Assembly (NCBI GenBank): GCA_038231435.1
Contig: JBBRLJ010000013.1
Location: 53,480 to 117,479, forward strand
Length of the DNA stretch: 64,000 nucleotides
Direction of reading: 5' to 3'
Origin: Planctomycetota bacterium
GTDB lineage: Bacteria; Planctomycetota; UBA11346
Notes under the pieces: generated by a model
The model's input: only the letters and a program-made list of their open reading frames with translations
What the model was told of the DNA's origin: nothing
Databases searched by the model: none
Shown here: piece by piece, positions 22,246-33,517 of the stretch
Layout: each line of letters opens with the position of its first letter
Numbering within the stretch: position 1 is the first letter of the stretch
Position numbers and translations under genes: made by a program

Positions 22246-23664
22246 TCAGGGAGCGGAGTCGTGCACTTCGGCGGGCATGGCGACCGGAGAGGTGACGACC
22301 AGCGCGTCGATCGACAGCGGCACGGCGCGGTCGCGGGACGTGGCGCGCAGGCCGAGATGCAGCCTTCCACCGGTCGAGCCGCCGGCGGAGATCCCGTCGG
22401 CATAGCGGAACCGCGCCACCGGCTCGTCGTCCACCAGCGCGCGCCATTCGTGTTCGGCGAACAGGAAGCGCACGCGATGCGTTCCGGCGGCGAGGTCGAC
22501 TCGCGCCGGATCGCGGGCCTCGACCTCCCAGGCCACCGCTTCGCGCGCGCCGGGTTCGAGCGAGTCGAGCGCGAGCACGTCGATGCGCCAGCTCTGCGCG
22601 GTGACCGGACCGGTGAAGCTGAAGCTGAGCTCGGCGCCGCGCGCCAGGTCGATCGCTTCGCTGGTCGCGAGCATCGCGTCGTGCGCAGCGGTGTCGTCGG
22701 CGTCGATCTCGGCGCGCGTCGGCAGCTGCCACACCGGCAGCATGCCGAAGCGGCGCCAGCCCGCCCAGGCGATCGGCGCCGAGGCGCTCTTGCCGGCGCC
22801 GTGGACAGCCGGGCTCGCGACCGACCCGGCGATCGCCGAGCGTCCGGCCGGGACCTCGACCGTCGCACCGTCGGCGAGGCGGAGCAGGCCGACCAGGCCG
22901 TGCTCGACCGCGAGGCGTGCGCCGGCGGGCTCGCGCGAGAACGTGAAGCGCGTGCCGATGACCGTCGCCTCGGCTTCCGACGCAACCACCTTCAGGGGTT
23001 TCCCGGGCGGCTGCTTGGCGACTTCGGCGGTGACCGCGCCCGAGCCGAGCTCGATGCGCTTGCCGCTGCCGCCTTCGCGCAGCGTGGCCAGGGAATCGGC
23101 GCCGAGTTCGATGGTGGTATCTTCGTGGTTCCAGCGCACGGCCAGTACGCCGCCACTGGAAGCCAGGGCGTCGCCGTCGCGCACCTCCATGCCAGGAGAC
23201 GCGGGGATGTCGTCGCCGCCGCGGTGCACCAGCGCCCCGGGCGCGGCATCGGAAATCACCGCGATCGCCGGGGCGAGCGGCACGGAAGGCTTGGCGAGGA
23301 CCATCGCGCCCACCGCGACCGCGAGGCTGGCGGCGATCGCCGCGCCGGCGGTCCACCACGGCCAGCGCGGTGCGTGGCTGGGGATGAGGCTGGCGATGGG
23401 GATAGCGGCGGCCGCTGCGGCGGTCGCCGTCGCCGCGGGCGCGCGGATGAGCGCGACGCTCAGCAGGGTGTGGTCGAGGAAGCGGCGGCGGTTGGCCGGA
23501 TCATCGAGCGCCGCGGCGAAAGCGAGCTCCTCGGCTGGCGTCAGCTCGCCCGCCTGGTGCTTGACGATCAGCTCGGAGAGACTCTCAGCTTGGCCGCTGC
23601 CATCGACATCGCCTTTGCCATTGCCAAAGCTGGGCGCGCCGCGTGCGGGATCTTCGGCGCTCAT
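22246..23664 (-). CDS. FecR-family anti-sigma factor with C-terminal beta-sandwich
   Basis: N-terminal anti-sigma helices, one TM, FecR motif L.SGAVTAEVAKQP...ATVIGTRF...LAVEHGLV. Coupled to the ECF sigma. Confidence 0.88.
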   Translation of the reverse strand: MSAEDPARGAPSFGNGKGDVDGSGQAESLSELIVKHQAGELTPAEELAFAAALDDPANRRRFLDHTLLSVALIRAPAATATAAAAAAIPIASLIPSHAPRWPWWTAGAAIAASLAVAVGAMVLAKPSVPLAPAIAVISDAAPGALVHRGGDDIPASPGMEVRDGDALASSGGVLAVRWNHEDTTIELGADSLATLREGGSGKRIELGSGAVTAEVAKQPPGKPLKVVASEAEATVIGTRFTFSREPAGARLAVEHGLVGLLRLADGATVEVPAGRSAIAGSVASPAVHGAGKSASAPIAWAGWRRFGMLPVWQLPTRAEIDADDTAAHDAMLATSEAIDLARGAELSFSFTGPVTAQSWRIDVLALDSLEPGAREAVAWEVEARDPARVDLAAGTHRVRFLFAEHEWRALVDDEPVARFRYADGISAGGSTGGRLHLGLRATSRDRAVPLSIDALVVTSPVAMPAEVHDSAP

Positions 23665-24194
23665 GGCTGGGCCTCCGCGAGCCGCCGGCCAATGCAGTCG
23701 AGCAGCTGGTCGCGGATGCGCGCGAGCGCGGTGATGACACCGCGCGGCGTGCGCCGCGTGGCCGCCGAGATGTCGGCGATGGGCAGGTCGCGCTGGTAGC
23801 GCAGCTCGAGCAGCTCACGCGCCGGCGCCTGCAGCTGCGCGCGGCAGCCCGAGAGCGCGTCCTTCATCAGGCCGATGCGCTCCAGTCGTTCGTCACCTTC
23901 ATCGAAGGCGCGGTCGATGAGGTCGAGCAGGCGGTCGCCGGGCACGGTCTTCGAGGTGCGCTGCTCGCGCCAGTGCTTGAGCGCCAAGTTGCGTCCGACT
24001 CCGCGACACCAGGCCTCGAGATCGGCGATCACCTCGCCGCGCTCGAGCGCGTCGGCCAGGGCGACGTAGACTTCCTGGAACAGGTCCTCGGCCAGCGAGC
24101 GATCCCGGACGACCGCCAGGAGGTAGGCGTAGAGCCGTTCGCGGATGTCGAGGAAGGCAGCGCCAGCGAGCTTGAGATTGGCGAGCATGGTCAC
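23661..24194 (-). CDS. ECF sigma-70 factor
   Basis: LYAYLLAVVRDRSLAEDLFQEV (region 2), WCRGVGRN, region 4 RELLELRY...IADIS...LARIRDQLLDCI. Confidence 0.93.
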   Translation of the reverse strand: MTMLANLKLAGAAFLDIRERLYAYLLAVVRDRSLAEDLFQEVYVALADALERGEVIADLEAWCRGVGRNLALKHWREQRTSKTVPGDRLLDLIDRAFDEGDERLERIGLMKDALSGCRAQLQAPARELLELRYQRDLPIADISAATRRTPRGVITALARIRDQLLDCIGRRLAEAQP

Positions 24195-24293
24195 TCAGAG
24201 GGTTCCCCGACGACTCTCGGGTAAGCCCACGGCCGCGTGCCGGCATCGGGCTATGTGTGACACCCCTCGGTGAAAATACGATTCAAACGAAGC

Positions 24294-26545
<2,252 letters not shown>

Positions 26546-26584
26546 CCGTATCTTGCCCGACGAGCACCCCACACAAGCCGCTTT

Positions 26585-26810
26585 CTGTTTCGGGGGCTTC
26601 GCCGCCGAGCCCCCACGTCCTTTGTCGTCCTGCTATTTTTGCGGGGGCTTCGCCCCCGGGCCCCCACGCGCCTTTGTCGTCCTTCTTTTTGTCCGCCGGG
26701 CGGCCAAAAAGTTTGCGTGATGGGCTGCGCCCATTGTTCACGCAAACCAGGACTCGGCGGCCGGTGGCTTCGCCACAGGTTAGACGGGGGCTTGCCCCCG
26801 AACCCCCGCA
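26585..26810. repeat. Cluster of GGGGGCTT(C)GCCCCC hairpins, including an approximately 50-bp tandem duplication
   Basis: CGGGGGCTTCGCC(G/C)CCG(A/G)GCCCCCACG...CCTTTGTCGTCCT occurs twice (about 26590 and 26642), with a third related hairpin at about 26785. Confidence 0.75.
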
Positions 26811-26933
26811 AGGCCAACGATCCGCGCTGTGATGCCATAAGTCGGGGGCCCCATCGCTCCGCGATGGGGCGGGCGCCGAGGGGCGGTCGGCGGATACAAT
26901 CGGCGTAGCCGATCCGCCGACGATTTCGCAGCG

Positions 26934-27020
26934 CAGCGGAGAAATCGAGCCGCGACAAAGCCCGTGGGGTAGGCCGCAGGCCGTAGGGGCGGAGCCCCTG
27001 ACACAAACAGCGAGCCCCTG
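26934..27020. repeat. Structured intergenic repeat family B
   Basis: Its reverse complement closely matches 63766-63853. Contains the hairpin GTAGGGGCGGAGCCCCT. Confidence 0.85.
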
Positions 27021-27022
27021 AC

Positions 27023-27787
27023 TTAAGAATGCCTGCGCCAGAGCGGCTCGTGCGCGTAGCGCACGCGGTCGAGGCACAGGCCGTGGGCGGGGGCCTGCTG
27101 CTCGCCGGCGGGGGAGTCGTCGCCGCGCAGGGCGCGTTCGAGGTCGTCGCGCGAGCAGGTGCCGTTCGCGACCGCCACCATTGCGCCAACCAGGCTGCGT
27201 GCCAAGCGGTAGATGAAGCCGCTGCCATCGAGCGTGCAGATCAGCGCCTTGCCTTCGGTGTGCCACGCGACCGATTCGATGGTGCGGATGGTGTCCTCGC
27301 GCGCCTCGCCGCGGCGCGAGAAGGCGCGCCAGTCGCGGCGTCCGGGGATCGGCGCGGCGGCTGCGCGCAGCGCCTCGAGCGAGAGGCGGAAGGGCGGACG
27401 CCACGAGGTGCGGCGGACGAAGGGATCGGCGTTGGTGCCGTTGTCGATGCGATAGGTGTAGGTCTTGCCCACCGCCATGTGGGTCGCGTGCCAGTCGTCG
27501 TCGACGTCGGCGACGGCCAGGCAGGCGAGATCCGCGGGCAGCTGCGCCGCGAGAGCGTGGTGGAGCGCCTCTGGCGTCCACGGTCGCGCGAGCTTGGCGT
27601 GCGCCACCTGGCGGCGTGCGTGCACGCCGGCGTCGGTGCGTGAGGCGCCAACCGGCGCGGCGGCCGGCTCGCCAATGCGCGCGAAGGCCGCATCGAGCTC
27701 GCCAGCGACGCTGCGCCCGTCCTTCTGACGCCACCAGCCGAGGAAGTCGGTTCCATCGTACGCGAGGAGCAGGGCATGTTGCGGCAT
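27023..27787 (-). CDS. truA: tRNA pseudouridine(38-40) synthase
   Basis: AYDGTDFLGW, GASRTDAGVHARRQVAH, K.Y.YRI, GSGF.Y, APAHGLCL. Confidence 0.95.
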   Translation of the reverse strand: MPQHALLLAYDGTDFLGWWRQKDGRSVAGELDAAFARIGEPAAAPVGASRTDAGVHARRQVAHAKLARPWTPEALHHALAAQLPADLACLAVADVDDDWHATHMAVGKTYTYRIDNGTNADPFVRRTSWRPPFRLSLEALRAAAAPIPGRRDWRAFSRRGEAREDTIRTIESVAWHTEGKALICTLDGSGFIYRLARSLVGAMVAVANGTCSRDDLERALRGDDSPAGEQQAPAHGLCLDRVRYAHEPLWRRHS

Positions 27788-27894
27788 GGGAGCGAGGTGC
27801 TGTGGAGGTGTGGGCGTGGGTGTACGGCGTGCGGCGGGCCTGCCGACAATGCCGGCATGCTAGGTTGCCGCTTGGCCGACGCTAGATTGCCGTC

Positions 27895-28692
27895 ATGGCT
27901 CAGGCGCACGATCCAGGTGACTCCGCGCCGCACGCCGCGCGCCGCACGCCGGACGCCCTGCCGATCGTCTACATCGCCGGAGACGTCCATCTGCACGGCG
28001 ACGAAGGCGATGGGGCGCCCTTCCTGCGTTTCCTGGATCTGCTGGGACAGCGTCCGCCTGCGCGACTGGTGCTGCTCGGCGATCTCTTCGAGTACTGGCT
28101 CGAGACCGGCGCGGCGGCGAGCCGCTACGCGCTCGCACTCGAGCGCCTGCGCGGGCTCAAGGACGCAGGCTGGCGGCTCGACCTGGTGCGTGGCAACCGC
28201 GAGCTGGCCGGCGGTCGCCTGCTCGCGGCGCGCACCGGCTGCGCGATGCACTGGCCCAAGCTCGATGTCGAGCTCGGGCCAGCGCGCGTGCGCGTGGTGC
28301 ACGGCGACCGCCTCTGTCACGATCCCGGCTATCACTTCTTCTCGGCCTGGATCCGCAGCTTCTGGCACCGCAGCTGGCAGGATCTGCATCCGGCGTTCGT
28401 CCAGGACGCGGTGGCGCGCGGACTGCGTCGCCGCAGTCGCTCGAAGCAGCTCGCGCGCCCGCGCTCGACGGTCGCGCCAGCGAAACGCCGGGTGTTCATC
28501 GATCGGCGCCGCGTGCAGGGCGCGGCGCGCGGTGTCGACACGGTGGTCGCCGGACACATCCATGAATCGTGGCGCCGCGAGATCGGCGGCGTCGACCTGA
28601 TCCTGGTCGGCGATTGGCCAGGCACGATCGGCCATTGGCTCGAAGGCCACGCCGACGGTCGCATCGAGTGCGTCGAGCGGGATTTCGCCTAG
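27895..28692 (+). CDS. lpxH: LpxH-like UDP-2,3-diacylglucosamine diphosphatase (metallophosphoesterase)
   Basis: GDVHL, LLGDLFEYW, GNRE, HGD, GHIH, GDW. Confidence 0.8.
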   Translation: MAQAHDPGDSAPHAARRTPDALPIVYIAGDVHLHGDEGDGAPFLRFLDLLGQRPPARLVLLGDLFEYWLETGAAASRYALALERLRGLKDAGWRLDLVRGNRELAGGRLLAARTGCAMHWPKLDVELGPARVRVVHGDRLCHDPGYHFFSAWIRSFWHRSWQDLHPAFVQDAVARGLRRRSRSKQLARPRSTVAPAKRRVFIDRRRVQGAARGVDTVVAGHIHESWRREIGGVDLILVGDWPGTIGHWLEGHADGRIECVERDFA

Positions 28693-28766
28693 CCGTCGGC
28701 GCCGACCACGGGTCGGGGCGCTGCAATGTCTACAACCGACACTATCGTGCTGTCCGAGGTACCCCC

Positions 28767-29561
28767 ATGTCCAGCTTCCGCGCCTCCAACCAGATGGCGG
28801 CCTTCTTCGGCGTCATGACCTTCGTGACGCTCGGCACCGCGGTGGCGTACGCGCTGGTGCACTGGCTGGGGATCCCGACGGGATCGTTCAGCGTCTGGCT
28901 GGTCTCGCTGCTGATGTTGTGGTGGCTGGTGGTGGTGGTCACCCTGCCGTGGAACCTGCACTTCCAGGCGCGCGCGGTGATCGCCGATGCGTTGCGCTCG
29001 CAGGAACAGTCCATCCGCGTCGAGGCCCGTGACCTCAGCTACGTCAAACGCTGGGCGAAACTCTCGCTGATCGCGGCGATCGCCCTGCACCTGCTGTCCG
29101 CCGGCGGCTTCTATCTGCTGGCCGCGTATGACGTCACGCCGGTCGGGTATTACGGTGCGGTCGCCGCGCTGGCCCTGGTCGGATTGCGACCGGCGATCCG
29201 CGCCTACGAGTACGTCGCTGAGCGCATCGCCCAGATCGGCAAGGAGGTGCGCTTCCCGCGCGACGATGTGCTCGCGCTGCGCTCCGAGGTGGAGCAGCTG
29301 CAGCGGAGCGTGAAGGCGCACGCGGATCGCCTGGATCTCGAGGTTCCGGAATCATGGGCGGCGAAGAGCGAGGCCACCATTCGCGCGCTGCGCGCCGACA
29401 TCGAGGCGTCACGCGCCGCGCTCGAGGATCTCCGCCGCGCCAACGAGGATGACCACCGCCAACTCGCGCGCGGCGCCGAGCAGGCGGCAGCGCGCATCGG
29501 CGAGGACGCGCAAGTGCTCGGCCACGTGCGCGAGCTGGTGCGGTTCTTCAAACAAGCGTGA
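28767..29561 (+). CDS. Hypothetical membrane protein (four TMs plus C-terminal coiled coil)
   Basis: Hydrophobic segments followed by a heptad-rich tail. GAGG upstream of the ATG. Confidence 0.75.
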   Translation: MSSFRASNQMAAFFGVMTFVTLGTAVAYALVHWLGIPTGSFSVWLVSLLMLWWLVVVVTLPWNLHFQARAVIADALRSQEQSIRVEARDLSYVKRWAKLSLIAAIALHLLSAGGFYLLAAYDVTPVGYYGAVAALALVGLRPAIRAYEYVAERIAQIGKEVRFPRDDVLALRSEVEQLQRSVKAHADRLDLEVPESWAAKSEATIRALRADIEASRAALEDLRRANEDDHRQLARGAEQAAARIGEDAQVLGHVRELVRFFKQA

Positions 29562-29636
29562 GGTCGTACAGAGGCGGCGCCGTGACGGCGCGAGGACCGT
29601 CCGGGCGAAGCTGGCCGAGGATGCGCGGTCGCTGAT

Positions 29637-30071
29637 TCAGGCGGCGACGGCGACGCCCTGGTGGTAGGCGGTGCGCGCAACCAGGCGGCCGTTCAGGTCC
29701 CAGGATTTCCAGGTGCCGGTCGGAACACCGTCGGCGTATTCGGATTGGCTGGCGAGCGCGCCATCGGCGTGCCACTGCGTCCAGCGGCCATCGGGGCGAC
29801 CATTGCAGAAGCGGCCCGCCGCTTCCTTGGTGCCGTCCTCGCGGCGCGAAACGTACGCGCCGTGCGCGACGCCCATGTGGAACTCGACGTCGCGGCGCGT
29901 GCTGCCGCCGATGCCCCAGAACATCCAGCGGCCATGGCGCATGCCGTTGACGGTATGGCCCTCGCTGAGGATGCCGCCGTCCACGCACAGGGTGACGGTC
30001 GCCTCGCAGACCTCGCCGCCATCGGCATCGAGCACCAGCACCGTCTCGTCGCTGAGGAGTTCGTCGTTCAT
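29637..30071 (-). CDS. MORN-variant repeat protein (YwqK-like)
   Basis: Repeats G..HG.W..W...G (NGMRHGRW, MGVAHGAY, NGRPDGRWTQW, DGVPTGTWKSW). Confidence 0.82.
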   Translation of the reverse strand: MNDELLSDETVLVLDADGGEVCEATVTLCVDGGILSEGHTVNGMRHGRWMFWGIGGSTRRDVEFHMGVAHGAYVSRREDGTKEAAGRFCNGRPDGRWTQWHADGALASQSEYADGVPTGTWKSWDLNGRLVARTAYHQGVAVAA

Positions 30072-30198
30072 GCTAGAAGAACGGCGGCGCCCGGGGTTAT
30101 GACAGCCTTTCTGGACGGCGCGGCGCGGTCTCCTGGAGCCCCTGGGAGCGCCGATGCAAGCGCTTGGGCGCGGAGGGTTTGGCCATACGCTGCCGGAG

Positions 30199-31341
30199 AT
30201 GACCTTTGCCACCATCCCTGAAGTCCTGGCCGCGCTCAAACGCGGGGAGATCGTCATCCTCGTCGATGACGAGGAGCGCGAGAACGAAGGCGACGTGATC
30301 ATGGCCGCCGAGTTCGCAGACGCGAAATCGATCGCCTTCATGGCCACCAAGGCCTGCGGCCTGATCTGCCTGCCGATGGAAGGGCGCATGCTCGACCGCC
30401 TCGGCCTGCCGCTGATGAGCCGCGACGAGCACTCGCGCTACGGCACCGCGTTCACGCTGTCGATCGAGGCGCGCCATGGCGTGACCACCGGCATCAGCGC
30501 GGCGGATCGCGCGCACACCATCCGCACCGCCATCACCGACGACGCCAAGCCGGAAGACATCGTGGTGCCGGGCCACGTATTCCCACTGCGCGCGCGCGAT
30601 GGCGGCGTGCTGGTGCGCGCCGGGCACACCGAGGCGACCGTCGACCTGCCGCGCCTGGCCGGGCTCAAACCCGCGGGCGTGCTCTGCGAGATCATGAAGC
30701 CCGACGGCACCATGGCGCGCCTGCCCGACCTCATCGAGTTCGCGCGCACGCATAAATTGCTGCTCGCGACCATCGCCGACGTCATCGCTTACCGCGAGGC
30801 GCGCGAGAGCCTGGTCGAGCTCGCCGCCGAGGGCGCGGTCGACACCGACCACGGTTCGTTCCGCGCCTATTCGTACCGCAACGTCCTCAACGGCGAGCAC
30901 CACCTGGCGTTCGTCGCCGGCGATCGCCTGCGCCCCGGAGCCGAATGCCACGAGCCGGTGCTGGTGCGGGTGCACAAGGAATCGGTGCTCAGCGACGTCT
31001 TCGTGCGCGCGCCCGGAGCCATCGATCCGCGCACCTGCATGGCGCAGATCGCCGCGGCCGGAGAGGGCGTGATGCTCTACGTCCACGACTCCGCGGGCCG
31101 CAGCGCGCCTGCGCAGCTGGTGGGCCTCGGCGGAATCGACCATCGCGGCACGCCGCAGTCGCAGATCTCGACCGATCCACGCGACTATGGCATCGGCGCG
31201 CAGATCCTGCATCACCTCGGCGTGCGCCGCATGCGTCTGATCACCGGCAGTGATCGGCACATCAGCGCGCTGTCAGGGCATGGGCTCGAACTGGTCGAGC
31301 GCGTGCGGCCCACCGGCAAGGCCTCCGGAGGGGCGGCCTGA
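30199..31341 (+). CDS. ribB: DHBP synthase fused to a degenerate GTP cyclohydrolase II domain (RibBX-type)
   Basis: VDDEERENEGD, TAFTLSIEA, TTGISAADRA, PGHVFPL, RAGHTEA. The C-domain has VRVH and RDYGIGAQIL but lacks the Zn cysteines. Confidence 0.93.
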   Translation: MTFATIPEVLAALKRGEIVILVDDEERENEGDVIMAAEFADAKSIAFMATKACGLICLPMEGRMLDRLGLPLMSRDEHSRYGTAFTLSIEARHGVTTGISAADRAHTIRTAITDDAKPEDIVVPGHVFPLRARDGGVLVRAGHTEATVDLPRLAGLKPAGVLCEIMKPDGTMARLPDLIEFARTHKLLLATIADVIAYREARESLVELAAEGAVDTDHGSFRAYSYRNVLNGEHHLAFVAGDRLRPGAECHEPVLVRVHKESVLSDVFVRAPGAIDPRTCMAQIAAAGEGVMLYVHDSAGRSAPAQLVGLGGIDHRGTPQSQISTDPRDYGIGAQILHHLGVRRMRLITGSDRHISALSGHGLELVERVRPTGKASGGAA

Positions 31342-31940
31342 TGGCCGAGGACCTGATGGCGCGCGAGCTGCCGGCGGAGCTCGCCCTCCTCGTCGATTCC
31401 GAACTCGAGAACGGCGAACGCATCGCGTGGACGGGGCAGCCGCGTCTGCGGCCGTTCCCCCTCGGCTCAATTCCGCTGGTGCTGTTCGGCCTCCCCTGGA
31501 CCGCGTTCTCGGTGTTCTGGATGTGGGCCGCATCCGGCGGCATGACCCGGCACGCTGCCACCGCCGAGGCGGTCCAGACCACGCCCATGGACGTGATGTC
31601 GATGGTGTTCCCATGGTTCGGCTTGCCGTTCGTGCTGATCGGGGTCGCGTTGCTGACCTCGCCACTGTGGATGCACGTCGCCGCGCGCCGGACCGCATAC
31701 GTCATCACCGATCGCAGGGCCTTCATCCTGAAGCGGGGACGCACGGTGGGCGTGCGCAGCTTCACCGCGTCGGATCTGCGCGGGGTGGAACGCACCCAAT
31801 ACGCGGACGGATCCGGAAACGTCGTGCTCCAGGCGCCACTCATCGCCACCGGCAGCGACCGGCTGCCGGTGGTGGCATTCCTCGGCGTCCCCGACGTCAA
31901 GCACGTCGAGGAGTTGCTGAGGAACCTTCCCAAGCGGTAG
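31341..31940 (+). CDS. Membrane protein with bacterial PH-like domain
   Basis: LENGERIAWTGQP, two TMs, YVITDRRA, DGSGNV. Confidence 0.75.
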   Translation: MAEDLMARELPAELALLVDSELENGERIAWTGQPRLRPFPLGSIPLVLFGLPWTAFSVFWMWAASGGMTRHAATAEAVQTTPMDVMSMVFPWFGLPFVLIGVALLTSPLWMHVAARRTAYVITDRRAFILKRGRTVGVRSFTASDLRGVERTQYADGSGNVVLQAPLIATGSDRLPVVAFLGVPDVKHVEELLRNLPKR

Positions 31941-32050
31941 AAGCTGCCTGCCCGTGGGTGGCCAGTCAGCGGTCGAATGGGCAGGGACGGGGCCGGGGAC
32001 GGCACTTGCCCAGCGGGCGCGCGCGTAGAATGCGCGGACAGGGAGTCGCC

Positions 32051-32407
32051 ATGCTCAGAGAGATGCTCCAGGCCAAGCTGCACCGCGGAGTCATCACCGA
32101 GTGCCGCCTCGAGTACGTCGGCAGCCTCACCGTCGACATCGATCTGATGGAGCGGGTCGGGATGATCGAGCACCAGAAGATCCAGCTGCTCAACTGCAAC
32201 AACGGCTATCGGCTCGAGACCTACCTGATCGCGGGCGAGCGCGGCAAACGCGAGATGAAGGTCAACGGCGCGGCAGCGCGCCACGCCTACCCGGGTGATC
32301 GGGTGATCGTCGCGGCCTTCTGCATGTATTCGGAAACGGAGCTGAAAGGCTATCAGCCCAAGGTGCTGGTCCTGAACGAGCGCAATGAGGTCGTCGACGG
32401 CAAGTAG
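32051..32407 (+). CDS. panD: Aspartate 1-decarboxylase
   Basis: KLHR, Y.GS.T.D self-cleavage site, NG.RLETY.I, NGAAA, GDRVI. Confidence 0.96.
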   Translation: MLREMLQAKLHRGVITECRLEYVGSLTVDIDLMERVGMIEHQKIQLLNCNNGYRLETYLIAGERGKREMKVNGAAARHAYPGDRVIVAAFCMYSETELKGYQPKVLVLNERNEVVDGK

Positions 32408-32500
32408 GCCGCCCGTCCCATCGACGGCTGTCTAACGTGCAAGCAGACGATGTGGCCGGATGAAGGCCGCATGTCTACACCTCGGTGCGCACGAGCCACC

Positions 32501-32701
32501 ATGACGACGTCCGACCATCAGACTCCGACCCCGTTCGAGGATCCGCTGCGCGAAGCCGTCGAGCTCGCGAAGCGGATCAACCGCCGCCTCAGCGAGCGCG
32601 TCCTGCCTCCGGAGAACGGGATCCCCGCGCCGCCGAGAGCAGAACCCGCGGCTGACGCGGCTCCTGACGACGCGCCTCCGCCCGGCCGAACCCAGGCCTG
32701 A
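32501..32701 (+). CDS. Small hypothetical protein
   Basis: Fills the panD-queC gap and contains the amphipathic helix DPLREAVELAKRINRRL. No family recognised. Confidence 0.4.
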   Translation: MTTSDHQTPTPFEDPLREAVELAKRINRRLSERVLPPENGIPAPPRAEPAADAAPDDAPPPGRTQA

Positions 32702-32762
32702 CGGCGAGCTGCTGTCCAGTCGCGCCAGCTTGCCCCTGGCCCCGCCGCGCAGAACATCCGAC

Positions 32763-33443
32763 ATGGACCTGGATGCCACCGCCGCAGTCGTGCTGCTCTC
32801 GGGTGGCCAGGATTCCACCACCTGCCTGGCGTGGGCCCGCGCGCGCTTCACGCGTGTGCTGTCGCTCGCGATCGACTACGGCCAACGCCATCGCATCGAG
32901 CTCGACGCCGCCGCCACCATCGCGCGGCTGGCAGGCGTACCGCACGCGTTGGTCCCGTGCGACAGTTTCCGCACCTTGGGCGGCAATGCGCTCACCGGCA
33001 GCGAGGCGGTCGAGGACGGGGTGCGCGAACGCAACCACCTGCCCAATACCTTCGTGCCCGGCCGCAACCTGATCTTCCTCACCCTCGCTTCGGCGTTCGC
33101 GTACCAGCGCGGCGTGGCCAATCTGGTCACCGGCGTCTGCGAGACCGACTACAGCGGCTATCCGGACTGCCGCGAGCAGACCATGGCGGCCATGCAGGAG
33201 GCGCTGCGCCAGGGCATGGACGCGCCCTTCGTCATCCACACCCCGCTCATGCGCTTGACCAAGGCCGATACCGTGCGCCTGGCGCGCGAACTCGGCGCGC
33301 TGCCGTTGCTCGCACACAGCCACACCTGCTACAACGGTGCGGTGCCGCCGTGCGGGACGTGTCCGGCCTGTCAGCTGCGCGCCAAGGGTTTCGCCGAGGC
33401 CGGCGTCGCCGATCCACTGGTCGCCAGGCTCGCTGAGCGATGA
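32763..33443 (+). CDS. queC: 7-cyano-7-deazaguanine synthase
   Basis: LSGGQDSTTC, DYGQRH, TFVPGRN, DYSGYPDCR, TCY...CGTCPAC..R. Confidence 0.97.
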   Translation: MDLDATAAVVLLSGGQDSTTCLAWARARFTRVLSLAIDYGQRHRIELDAAATIARLAGVPHALVPCDSFRTLGGNALTGSEAVEDGVRERNHLPNTFVPGRNLIFLTLASAFAYQRGVANLVTGVCETDYSGYPDCREQTMAAMQEALRQGMDAPFVIHTPLMRLTKADTVRLARELGALPLLAHSHTCYNGAVPPCGTCPACQLRAKGFAEAGVADPLVARLAER

Positions 33444-33517
33444 GTGGCGCTATCACCAGCGCTATCACCAACGCTATGAGCGGCAGCCGCATCGCGCGCG
33501 CGCGAACAGGGAGCGCC

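Noticed and set aside
20115..22985. 956-aa ORF as one protein; similar over-long starts at 10648, 15027, 19794, 26419, 37835, 57671 and 60230
   Set aside because: The extensions overlap neighbouring genes or repeats. Downstream starts match family N-termini, stop-start coupling or RBSs.
29637..30071. Toxin-antitoxin module
   Set aside because: YwqK-like repeats only, with no adjacent toxin gene.
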